Below, piece after piece: positions 29,201 through 37,361 of a DNA stretch of 64,000 nt. The notes beneath the pieces were generated by a model. It did no database searches. It worked only from the letters and a program-made list of their open reading frames with translations, and was not told where the DNA came from. The number at the start of each line of letters is the position of its first letter. Position 1 is the stretch's first letter. This stretch comes from an uncultured Chloroflexia bacterium. GTDB taxonomy: Bacteria > Chloroflexota > Limnocylindria > Limnocylindrales > CSP1-4. The translations under genes and the position numbers were made by a program. The stretch lies in the NCBI GenBank assembly GCA_963757595.1, contig CAVWRX010000007.1, positions 157,827-221,826 on the forward strand. The letters run 5' to 3'.

Positions 29201-30730
29201 TCAGTCGTAGAGCCGCTCCAGGTGCCAGGTGCAAGCAACGCGGTCGAAGTAGACCAGGGCGAGCCAGCGCGTCCCGACGACCTTGAAATAGTCCCTCGCG
29301 ATCGGCTCGCGCCACCACGCCTCGTCGACACGCCAGCGGTTGCAGACCTCGACCGGTTCGCGGCGCCCGGCCCAGCGGATGGCCACGAGGGACCCTTCGG
29401 CATCGAGCTCGGGCTCGATCACGGGATGCGCGTGGAGGAGCCGGGTCACCCGAGCGACCTCGCGCCGCCCGTCGTCTCGTCGGCGGCCCCGCTGCCGACC
29501 GATCGCCACGCCCAGCGATGCTCGGGCAGCGGCGCTTCGGGGTCCGTGATCGCGACCCGCCGGACTCGATCCTCGCCATAGGTCAGGGCGAGGCGGGCGA
29601 GCTGCCACTGGAGCCGGGCTCCGCGAAGGGCCTGCGGCACGAACAGGGGTAGCTGCTGGCCTGACGCCGCCTCGGCTCCGGCCAGCTCCAGCTCCAGGCG
29701 CGCCACCGGGGCCGGGGGCGGTGTCCGCTCCAGCCGGGCGAGGAGGAGGCGCTCGATGGCCTCGGCATCCGCGGTGGGTTCGGGAAAGCGCGTCTCCGCG
29801 ATCATCTCGCCGGGTGTGCCCGCGCGGGCGAAGGCCAGGTCCAGCTCGAGCCGAACCCGCCCACGCGCCGCTGCCAGTCCGCGCGCCGCCAGGTTCGCGG
29901 CGAGGGCCGTGGCCAGCCGGCGCAGGACGAAGCGGACCGCCTCGAGCTCCGCCACGGGCGGCTCGATGGGGAGTGCCAGGGCCAGCCGCTCCGGCGCCCG
30001 GCGCGGCCGGAACGGGTCCGTCTCCTCGCCCCGGGCCCGGGCGCCGATGCGGGCCCCCTCCTCGCCGAAACGGGCCACGAGGGCCGACGTGGCAAGCCCC
30101 GCGACCTGCCCGACCCGACGAAGTCCGAAGCGACCCAGCCGGGCCCGGATCTCGGCGTCGGGGGTCAGCAGGGAGGCGGGCAGCGTCGCCAGGAAGGCGG
30201 CCTCGCCGCCGGACGGGATGGCGATGAGGTCACCCGGCCTTGCAGCTCGCGGCCGCGATCGTGGCAGCAAACCGCGTCCCCGCGATCCCCGCCCGGGGCT
30301 CGCCGGCAAGGGGACCCTTCAGCGCGGCAGAAACCCGGGCAGCGATCTGCGCTTCCGATCCCCAGAGGCCCTCGAGGCCGTCCACCTGCGCCTCGAGGAG
30401 GCCGAAGGCCTGATCCCCGGGATCGACCGACCCCGCGATCGCCGGGCTGAAGGCCGCGAGCGCCTCGAAGGCTGCCTCGGCGGCCGCTCGGTCAGCTTCC
30501 GGATCCGGATCGAGGAACGTCGCCTCCGGCGCGAGCCGGTGGGCCGAGCCCAGCGGCAACCCTCGCCGGACCCCGAGCGCGCGCGCCGCCTGGTTCGCGT
30601 CCAGGACGGTCCCCGCGATCCAGGGCTGGCCGCCCAGGATGATCGGCCCCTCCGGCCACGAGCCGGAGAGCCGGCGCTGCCGAACGAGATCGAGGAGGAG
30701 GTGCGGCCGATAGAGATGGAGCAGGCGCAT
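29201..30730 (-). pseudogene. imuB: imuB (Y-family polymerase-like mutasome subunit), interrupted by two compensating frameshifts (~30250 and ~29440-29500)
   Basis: Three consecutive ORFs in frames A, B, A together give ~510 aa. The first holds Y-family palm/fingers blocks ([15 protein letters not shown]...GIAGTRFAATIAA). The second holds the HhH/little finger (GDLIAIPSGGEAAFLATLPASLLTPDAEIRARLGRFGLRRVGQVAGL). The third holds an ImuB C-terminal W/R-rich block (WRVDEAWWREPIARDYFKV...WHLERLYD). Confidence 0.7.
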
Positions 30731-31640
30731 GACGTGACGTCCCGGGCACTGGAACGGGGGCATGGACGGGGAGCGGGAGCGGGCTCTCGGTGAGGAGCGC
30801 CCCGAGACGGAGGCACGCATCCCGATCCCCGCCGTCGGCGTAGAGGATCCGGAGCGTGGCCCGCCGCCCGGGCGGGCCGGCACGGCTCCGTGCGATCACG
30901 ACCTGGGTTGCCTGCCCGACGACATCGCGACCCAGCCGGATCCACGACTGCCGAGCGAGCTCGAGGCGAATCCCCGTTCCCTCCCCCACCGCGGCGGCCA
31001 CCGAGCCGGTGAGCCCCGGTGGTTCGAGGACGAGGAGGGAGATCCCGGCCCGTCGGGCCAGGGCGGCAAGCCGGCCGAGCCGATCGGCGAACCGCGAGGC
31101 GCCCTCGGGCCGGGGCGGCAGGTCGATGACGAGGAGGTCCACGGTCCTGCCCGACAGGAGCGATCCGGCCATCGCCAGCCCGTCATCCGGGCCGCCAGGC
31201 GTGAGGACGACGAGCCATTCCGGCCGGATTCCACGCGTCACGGCCTCGACCGGGTCGAAGGCATCGGCGAGGTCCAGCCAGGCGACGATGGCGCCGCTCG
31301 CCTGGGCCTCCGCGGCGAGCCGCAGGGCGATGGTCGTCCGGCCGCTGGAGAGGTCGCCGCGCAGGGAGAGGCCCATGCCGCGCGGCAGGCCGCCGGGCCC
31401 GAGGATGGCGTCGAGCGCCGCGAAGCCGGTCGAATAGACACGGGCGGGATCCGTGGCGATGCCGGGGCCGGGCGTGTCCGGCGCGCCATCCGGCACCTGG
31501 CCCAGGTCCGGGGCGACCTGCGGCAGCGGCGCCAGCGCCAGGGCCCCGACCACCTCGCCCACGGCCCGCGGCGCGGCCGCACCCCAGCGCGATCGAAGGG
31601 TCGCGAGTGCCGCCGTAACGTCCGGGGAAAGGTCCGTCAT
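30492..31640 (-). CDS. imuA: ImuA' (RecA-fold SOS mutasome protein), with an abnormally long low-complexity C-terminal tail overlapping imuB by ~240 nt
   Basis: The RecA-like core is [45 protein letters not shown]...[11 protein letters not shown]. The ATG at 31640 sits about 7 nt after a -10-like GATACT, which suggests a leaderless transcript. Confidence 0.75.
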   Translation of the reverse strand: MTDLSPDVTAALATLRSRWGAAAPRAVGEVVGALALAPLPQVAPDLGQVPDGAPDTPGPGIATDPARVYSTGFAALDAILGPGGLPRGMGLSLRGDLSSGRTTIALRLAAEAQASGAIVAWLDLADAFDPVEAVTRGIRPEWLVVLTPGGPDDGLAMAGSLLSGRTVDLLVIDLPPRPEGASRFADRLGRLAALARRAGISLLVLEPPGLTGSVAAAVGEGTGIRLELARQSWIRLGRDVVGQATQVVIARSRAGPPGRRATLRILYADGGDRDACLRLGALLTESPLPLPVHAPVPVPGTSRHAPAPSLSAAPPPRSRSAAPALRLVAGGADHPGRPALDRGDRPGREPGGARARGPARVAAGLGPPARAGGDVPRSGSGS

Positions 31641-31651
31641 CAAGGCAAGTA

Positions 31652-31667
31652 TCGAACATCTGTTCGA
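31652..31667. promoter_or_regulatory. Perfect mycobacterial-type LexA box TCGAAC-ATCT-GTTCGA inside the imuA' promoter spacer, with a degenerate second box at 31674-31685
   Basis: A 16-bp perfect palindrome lies between -35 TTGATT and -10 GATACT on the sense strand. The adjacent CAAC-CACT-GTTC core has one mismatch. Confidence 0.8.
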
Positions 31668-31784
31668 ATGAATCAACCACTGTTCGGGACTGGGACGGGA
31701 GCGTGTCGGCCCTCCCGGACCCTCGAGGACCCCGTGCTACACTCTCGGCCCGTCCAGCCGCCCTGCGTGCTGCGACGCCCCGGT

Positions 31785-31860
31785 GGGGATGTAGCTCAGC
31801 TGGAAGAGCACCGCGTTCGCATCGCGGGGGTCAGGGGTTCGAGTCCCCTCATCTCCACCA
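31785..31860 (+). tRNA. tRNA-Ala (anticodon CGC)
   Basis: A 76-nt cloverleaf with a G3:U70 wobble in the acceptor stem, anticodon loop TTCGCAT, T-loop TTCGAGT, and an encoded CCA. Confidence 0.9.
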
Positions 31861-31912
31861 ATTCCCCCGCCTCCTCGATCGCCGCTCTTTCCCGACGTAC
31901 CAGGATCGCCGC

Positions 31913-32354
31913 GATGCAGCCCATCCTGGTCAACCCGAAACGCCGTGACGTGCTCGCGGCGACCGCGGCCGCGGTCGGCCTTGCCGTTGCAACGCTCGTT
32001 GCGGCATTCCTCGAATCCGGGCCGCTCGGCATCGTCGACGCCTCGCCGATCTACCTCGTTCCCGTCGCCATCGTGGCGACCCGCTACGGGAGCCGGGCCG
32101 GCATCCTGATGTCGCTCGCGTCGTCGCTCACCTACGATTTCCTGTTCACTTCCCCGCGCTTCAGCCTCTTCGTCGCGGATCCGAACGAGCTCCTGGACCT
32201 GCTCCTGTTCCTGTTCGTGGCGGTGGTCGTCGGGCGCCTGTCTGCCATCGGCCTCGAACGAGCCCGCATGGCCGAGATCAGGGCCCGCGAGTCGCCTCCG
32301 ACACCATTGCGTTCCAACGTCGCGGTGATATCATCAAAACATCATGAGGACGCG
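31913..32354 (+). CDS. DUF4118-like (KdpD-type) three-helix membrane module; no stop separates it from the downstream SPFH ORF
   Basis: [70 protein letters not shown] matches the DUF4118 pattern also seen in kdpD-C. The last ~20 codons use rare AT-rich codons (ata tca tca aaa cat cat). Confidence 0.45.
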
Positions 32355-33239
32355 ATGATCCAGGAGCGACGAGGTTGGGCGGCACCGGGCTACCCAGTCT
32401 TGTTCGGCGTGGTCGTCGGGATGTTGGTGCTGATTGGGTCGATTGCGTATGACCTGGCAAATGGGGGGCCGCCGGCGCTGATCGGAGCGGGCGCGTTCCG
32501 CGTCGGGATCGTGCTGGTCGCGCTGGCAGTCGTGCTCGGCTCGGCTGGTCTCACGGTGGTGAACCCGAACGAAGCCCGGGTGCTCGTGCAACTCGGACGC
32601 TACGCGGGCAGCCTCAAGGAGCAGGGCCTGTGGTGGGTCAACCCTGTCACGCGGCGTCCACGCATCTCCCTGAAGGTCCGTAACTTCGAGAGCCAGCGGC
32701 TCAAGGTCAACGACCACGACGGCAATCCGATCGAGATCGCCGCTGTCGTCGTCTGGCGCGTTGTCGACACCGCGGAGGCACTGTTCGAGGTCGACGACTA
32801 CGAGCAGTTCCTGCGTATCCAGACGGAGGCCGCGATCCGCACGCTCGCGACCGCCTACCCCTACGACGGCCATGGCGAGGAGCACTCGCTCCGCGGCAAT
32901 CCCCACGAGGTCGGCGAGGAGCTGAAGCGCGAGGTCCAGAGCCGCCTGGAGACGGCCGGGATGGAGGTCCTCGACACCCGGATCAGCCACCTCGCCTACG
33001 CGCCCGAGATCGCCGGCGCGATGCTCCGGCGTCAGCAGGCAGCGGCGATCATCGACGCCCGGACGCGCATCGTCGGCGGCGCGGTGAGCATGGTCCAGAT
33101 GGCGCTGGAGCAGCTGTCGAGCCAGAAGATCGTCGAGCTCGACGAGGAGCGCAAGGCGGCCATGGTCAGCAACCTGCTGGTCGTGCTCTGCAGCGAGCGC
33201 GAGAGCCAGCCCGTCGTCAACGCCGGGACGCTGTACTAG
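32355..33239 (+). CDS. SPFH/Band-7 (stomatin/prohibitin-like) membrane protein
   Basis: The ATG is preceded by GAGGAC. Two TM helices are followed by an SPFH core ([25 protein letters not shown]...[23 protein letters not shown]) and a coiled-coil tail. Confidence 0.75.
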   Translation: MIQERRGWAAPGYPVLFGVVVGMLVLIGSIAYDLANGGPPALIGAGAFRVGIVLVALAVVLGSAGLTVVNPNEARVLVQLGRYAGSLKEQGLWWVNPVTRRPRISLKVRNFESQRLKVNDHDGNPIEIAAVVVWRVVDTAEALFEVDDYEQFLRIQTEAAIRTLATAYPYDGHGEEHSLRGNPHEVGEELKREVQSRLETAGMEVLDTRISHLAYAPEIAGAMLRRQQAAAIIDARTRIVGGAVSMVQMALEQLSSQKIVELDEERKAAMVSNLLVVLCSERESQPVVNAGTLY

Positions 33240-33241
33240 CG

Positions 33242-33553
33242 ATGGCCGGCGCGAGCGATCGGAAGCCGTTCGTCCTGCGGCTCGAGCCGGCGACGATGAA
33301 CGCCCTGAAGGCTTGGGCCGCCGATGATCTGCGGAGCCTGAACGGGCAGATCGAGTACCTGCTGCGCCGCGCCCTCCGCGACGCGAGCCGCCTGCCGACC
33401 CAGGCACGCCGGGATCGAGCAGATGCCGACGGGGATGCCGACGGGGACCCCGACGGGTCCATTCCCCGGCGAACGCCGCGTGGGCCACTCTCGCGGGCAG
33501 CGGCAGACCGAGAGCATGCATCTTCGACAGACCTGCCTCTTCGCCAGAGGTGA
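33242..33553 (+). CDS. Arc/MetJ-type ribbon-helix-helix DNA-binding protein with an acidic DADGDADGD tail
   Basis: The N-terminus KPFVLRLEPATMNALKAWAADDLRSLNGQIEYLLRRALRD fits the Arc-family RHH. It starts 2 nt after the SPFH stop. Confidence 0.6.
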   Translation: MAGASDRKPFVLRLEPATMNALKAWAADDLRSLNGQIEYLLRRALRDASRLPTQARRDRADADGDADGDPDGSIPRRTPRGPLSRAAADREHASSTDLPLRQR

Positions 33554-33557
33554 GGCG

Positions 33558-34472
33558 ATGAACGGTGACGCTCGAGTCCTCGAGATCCACGGCATATCGA
33601 AGCGTTACGGCGACCTCGTCGCCCTCGACAACCTGACCTTCGACGTTCGCGGCGGCGAGGTGTTCGGCTTCGTCGGGCGCAACGGCGCGGGCAAGACGAC
33701 GACGATGCGAATTGCCCTGGGTGTGCTTGCTCCTGATCAGGGCGTGGTGCGCTGGCTGGGCGTACCCCTGACCTTCGAGGCCCGGCGCCGCATCGGCTAC
33801 ATGCCCGAGGAGCGCGGCCTCTATCCCAAGATGCACGTAGCGGAGCAGCTCGCCTACCTCGGCGAGCTGCATGGCCTGGCGGATGCGGACGCCCGGGAGG
33901 CCGCGCTCGGCTGGCTGGACCGGTTCGGGCTCGCCGACCGCCGCGACGCCGAGCTGCAGGCGCTCAGCCTGGGCAACCAGCAGCGCGTCCAGCTGGCCGC
34001 GGCCCTCGTCTTCGGGCCGGACGTGCTCGTCCTTGACGAGCCCTTTTCGGGGCTCGACCCGGTCGCCGTCGACGTCATGGCGAGCGTGCTCCGCGAACGG
34101 GCGGACGCGGGTGTCCCGGTCATCTTCTCGAGCCACGAGCTCGAGCTCGTCGAGCGGCTGTGCGATCGGGTGGGGATCGTCGACCACGGCAGACTGCTGG
34201 CCTGCGGCACCGTGGACGAGCTCCGGGCCGGGGGTCGCGAACGCCGCTGGGTCGACGTGCCCGGGGCGCCCGACGACTGGGACGCCCGCGTGACGGGCGT
34301 GCACTTGCTCAAGAACGACGGCTCGAGGCGGCTGTTCGAACTGGATCCGGGTGTGGACGACCAGGCGCTGCTCCAGGCGGCCCTGGCTACCGGCCCCGTG
34401 CGTGCGTTCGAGCGCGTCGAGCCCAGCCTCGGTGAGATCTTCCGGACGGTCCTCGAGGAGGCAGCAGCTTGA
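33558..34472 (+). CDS. ABC transporter ATP-binding protein (ABC-2/DrrA-like, with a C-terminal extension)
   Basis: Walker A GRNGAGKTT, signature LSLGNQQRV, Walker B LVLDEPFSGLD, H-loop SSHEL. The RBS is GAGGTGAGG. Confidence 0.88.
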   Translation: MNGDARVLEIHGISKRYGDLVALDNLTFDVRGGEVFGFVGRNGAGKTTTMRIALGVLAPDQGVVRWLGVPLTFEARRRIGYMPEERGLYPKMHVAEQLAYLGELHGLADADAREAALGWLDRFGLADRRDAELQALSLGNQQRVQLAAALVFGPDVLVLDEPFSGLDPVAVDVMASVLRERADAGVPVIFSSHELELVERLCDRVGIVDHGRLLACGTVDELRAGGRERRWVDVPGAPDDWDARVTGVHLLKNDGSRRLFELDPGVDDQALLQAALATGPVRAFERVEPSLGEIFRTVLEEAAA

Positions 34473-35659
34473 CCGCCCGCTCTCCTGGCCCCGGCGGAAC
34501 GCGTCGCCTGCCGACCATCGTCCTGGTCGCCCGCCGCGAGATCCGCATGCGTCTGCGCTCGCGGGCGTTCGTCGGTGGCACGATCGTGATGACGCTCCTC
34601 GTCGTGGTCGGCATCGTGGCGGCGTCGCTGCTCGCCGGCAAGACCACGCCCGTGCGGGTCGGCTTCAGCGGCGGATCGCAGGCGCTCGAGCCGTCCTTCA
34701 CGGCACTTGCTGGGTCCCTGGGAGCCAGCGTCACCGTCAGCGACATCGCGGACGTGACCGTCGGGGAGGCGCAGGTGACGGCGGGCACGCTCGACGTGCT
34801 CGTGACCGGGTCGTCGACCGCGCCCACAGCCGTGGCAAAGTCTGCGATGCCATCGAACGTGGAGTCCGCGCTGTCCCTGGCCGCGGAGGCCGCACGTCTC
34901 TCCGCGGCCGGCCTCTCACCGACGGCCGTTACCTCGGCCATGGCCCTCGTCCCGGTCCAGCTGTTGCAACCTCCCAATCCCAGGAACACCGAGGACGTGT
35001 TCGCCAGCCTGGCCCTCGGCATCCTGCTCTGGATCGCGCTCGGCCAGTACGGGAACATGGTGGCCCAGGGCGTGGTCGAGGAGAAGGCGACGCGGATCAT
35101 GGAGATCCTGCTCGCCACGATCCGCCCGAGCCGCCTCCTCACGGGCAAGGTCATCGGGATCGGCCTCGTCGGCCTACTGCAACTGACCATCGTGGGCGCG
35201 GCCGCGCTCGTCGCGGTCCAGGTGACCGGTGTTGCCGCGATCCCGGCGCTCGGCCTGGCCTCGATCCTGGGCGACATCATGTGGTTCCTGCTCGGCTTCC
35301 TCTTCTACGCCACCGCGTACTCCGCGGTCGCGTCCCTCGTCTCGCGCCAGGAAGAGATCCAGAGCGCCGTCGCCCCGATCTCGATCCTCCAGGTCGCGGG
35401 CTACCTGCTCATGTACGCCGCGCTGCCGAATCCGAGTGGCCCCCTGGCCACGGTGGTCTCGCTGCTCCCGCCGTTCGCCCCGATCGTCATGGCGGTGCGG
35501 ATGGCCAGCAGCGACGTGCCGTTCTGGCAGGTCGGCCTGGCGGTCGCGCTCATCGTGGCATCCATCGGCGGCCTGACCTGGCTGGCCGGCCGCATGTACA
35601 GCAACGCTGCGCTCCACCTCGGGTCACGGGTGCGCTTCATGGCTGCGTTCCGAGGGTGA
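34469..35659 (+). CDS. ABC-2 family transporter permease
   Basis: An N-terminal TM helix, a large extracytoplasmic loop, and five C-terminal TM helices. It overlaps the ATPase stop (TTGA). Confidence 0.75.
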   Translation: MTARSPGPGGTRRLPTIVLVARREIRMRLRSRAFVGGTIVMTLLVVVGIVAASLLAGKTTPVRVGFSGGSQALEPSFTALAGSLGASVTVSDIADVTVGEAQVTAGTLDVLVTGSSTAPTAVAKSAMPSNVESALSLAAEAARLSAAGLSPTAVTSAMALVPVQLLQPPNPRNTEDVFASLALGILLWIALGQYGNMVAQGVVEEKATRIMEILLATIRPSRLLTGKVIGIGLVGLLQLTIVGAAALVAVQVTGVAAIPALGLASILGDIMWFLLGFLFYATAYSAVASLVSRQEEIQSAVAPISILQVAGYLLMYAALPNPSGPLATVVSLLPPFAPIVMAVRMASSDVPFWQVGLAVALIVASIGGLTWLAGRMYSNAALHLGSRVRFMAAFRG

Positions 35660-35723
35660 CGCTCGTGGGCAGATACAGCACGTTCCGGGCCTGTCCGGCC
35701 GCAGCGATCGAAGGAGGAACCAT

Positions 35724-35900
35724 ATGCCACCTCGCGTGAAGGCCCATCCATTCTTGACCCTTATGGCGGTGGTATCCGCGATCCTCTTGCTTGTCGGGCG
35801 GATCAACAGGGAGCTCTGGTGGGGCAACTGGGCCTTTGCCGCCGGGATCGCGGTGCTCGTGGTCGCAGGCGCCCTGTTCGTCTTGTCGACAAGGAAGTGA
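35724..35900 (+). CDS. Small two-TM membrane protein (58 aa), not in the ORF track
   Basis: A strong RBS GAAGGAGGAACCAT precedes the ATG. MPPRVKAHPFLTLMAVVSAILLLVGRINRELWWGNWAFAAGIAVLVVAGALFVLSTRK. Confidence 0.6.
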   Translation: MPPRVKAHPFLTLMAVVSAILLLVGRINRELWWGNWAFAAGIAVLVVAGALFVLSTRK

Positions 35901-36145
35901 TCGAGACGGCCTCGTTACGGCGGCCATTGGGTCTCATCGCCTACGCATCAATGGATCGCCGCCCCGCATGCGGGCCGGGTATCCACCCGCCGTCGGCCTG
36001 GCGTCTCAGCCCGTTCCGATTGGGTGCACCTGACCGACCGGGCACACTTCCGTCAACTCTCCCTAAGGGCGTGCTCGAGCCCAGCCTCGGCATCGAGTGG
36101 GTCGTTCGTGGCGATTCCCCCGAAGGACCGGGCGAGCAGGGCAGG

Positions 36146-36181
36146 CGCGACGCTGCCCGCCGTCGCGACGCTGCCCGCCGT
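36146..36181. repeat. Perfect tandem duplication of the 18-bp unit gcgacgctgcccgccgtc in the non-coding gap upstream of tRNA-Tyr
   Basis: Two identical adjacent copies lie in a 460-nt ORF-poor gap. The gap also contains the palindromes CCCGCATGCGGG (35954) and CCAATA-N10-TATTGG (36272). Confidence 0.8.
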
Positions 36182-36362
36182 CCGTCCTCTGCTACCATCC
36201 CGGCCGTGAACCGCTCGACCGACTCCAACGACGGCCCGCGCCACCACGGTGGGCCTGCTCGGCGTCGATCCCAATAGTTGATCCCATATTGGGGTCCACT
36301 CAGGGGTAGTCGGGTCCGTTCAGGACCAGCACTCGAGCACGGTTTCACGCACGAGTCACTGT

Positions 36363-36447
36363 GGGTCGGTTGGGCAGGTGGTGAGCCCAAGGGTCTGTAA
36401 AACCCTCGCCTTCGGCTGTGGCAGTTCGATTCTGCCCCGGCCCACCA
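36363..36447 (+). tRNA. tRNA-Tyr (anticodon GTA), class II with a long variable arm
   Basis: 85 nt. Acceptor GGGTCGG/CCGGCCC, anticodon loop CTGTAAA, 13-nt variable arm, T-loop TTCGATT, and an encoded CCA. Confidence 0.85.
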
Positions 36448-36472
36448 ACATCCGATGACGGGCCACCGGCGA

Positions 36473-37297
36473 TCAGCCGGGGGCGGAACCATCCTCCGGC
36501 CCCAGGGCCGCGTGCAGCTCGTGCGAGTGAGCGCGAAGCCAACGGCGCCAGGTCGCGTGATCGGGCCGTCGACCCGCCACGAGGTCCCAGAACCGGGGCC
36601 CGTGGCCGAAGACCCGCAGATGCGCCAGCTCGTGGATCACGACCGTCTCCAGGGCAGGAGGCGGCGCGAGGATAAGGCGCCACGAGAACGACAGCGTGCC
36701 CTTGCGTGAGGCACTCCCCCATCGGGACCTCGTATCGCGCAGGGAGATTCGGGACGGGGACACGGCCAGCAATCCCGCGTGGCGCTCGATGACTCCCTCG
36801 ATCGCGACACGCGCCCGCGCTCGGAGCCAGGCCTCGAGCACGTCGCGGGCAGATCGTCGGTCGCCTGCGGCCATCGTGATGTGCAGCTCGTCACCGGATT
36901 CCGCTCCGTGGCGCGCAACGCTCGACCGCCGGGACCGCACCGGACCGGGAACGATCCGCAGGACGTGGAGCTCCCCCAGGTAGCGGAACTCCGCGCCGTC
37001 GCTGATCCCGCCGCGCGACGCCATCGCCTCCCGTTGGGCGGCCAGGCGACCGAGGTGTCGGCGCAGCCATGGTTCGCGCTCGGCGAGGAATCGCTCGATC
37101 TCGGGCTCGGGCCGGGCCCAGCCGCGACGGCTGGCGGGCGGCAGGGCCACGACGACGCCGTGGCGCGGGTCGATCGTCACCCGCAGGTGGCGGGACCGCT
37201 GGGAGCGTCGCAAGACGTACCCGAGGGGGCCGCCGGGCAGCATCACGCGCCGCGATTCGAGGGTCGGGGCCGTGGACATCGAGGCCGATGGTGCCAC
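36473..37297 (-). CDS. YgjP/SprT-like (DUF45, M48-related) zinc metallopeptidase
   Basis: A C-terminal HExxH motif (VIHELAHLRVFGH) in the DUF45 context (...SWRLILAPP...). Confidence 0.7.
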   Translation of the reverse strand: MAPSASMSTAPTLESRRVMLPGGPLGYVLRRSQRSRHLRVTIDPRHGVVVALPPASRRGWARPEPEIERFLAEREPWLRRHLGRLAAQREAMASRGGISDGAEFRYLGELHVLRIVPGPVRSRRSSVARHGAESGDELHITMAAGDRRSARDVLEAWLRARARVAIEGVIERHAGLLAVSPSRISLRDTRSRWGSASRKGTLSFSWRLILAPPPALETVVIHELAHLRVFGHGPRFWDLVAGRRPDHATWRRWLRAHSHELHAALGPEDGSAPG

Positions 37298-37361
37298 GCC
37301 GTAACGAACCCCGGCGCCATGGCGTCACCCGGGTCATGATGGCGAGCATGGAGGCTGGCGG

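Noticed and set aside
30762-33239. 825-aa plus-strand ORF
   Set aside because: The first ~380 codons are antisense to imuA' and run straight across tRNA-Ala(CGC). Only the part from 31913 (DUF4118) and 32355 (SPFH) is credible.
35960-36447. Possible tmRNA or other large structured RNA ending in a T-arm plus CCA
   Set aside because: The acceptor lacks G3:U70, and no tag-peptide reading frame ending in ALAA-type residues is present. The 3' 85 nt fold cleanly as a class-II tRNA-Tyr(GTA). The upstream 400 nt remain unexplained non-coding sequence.
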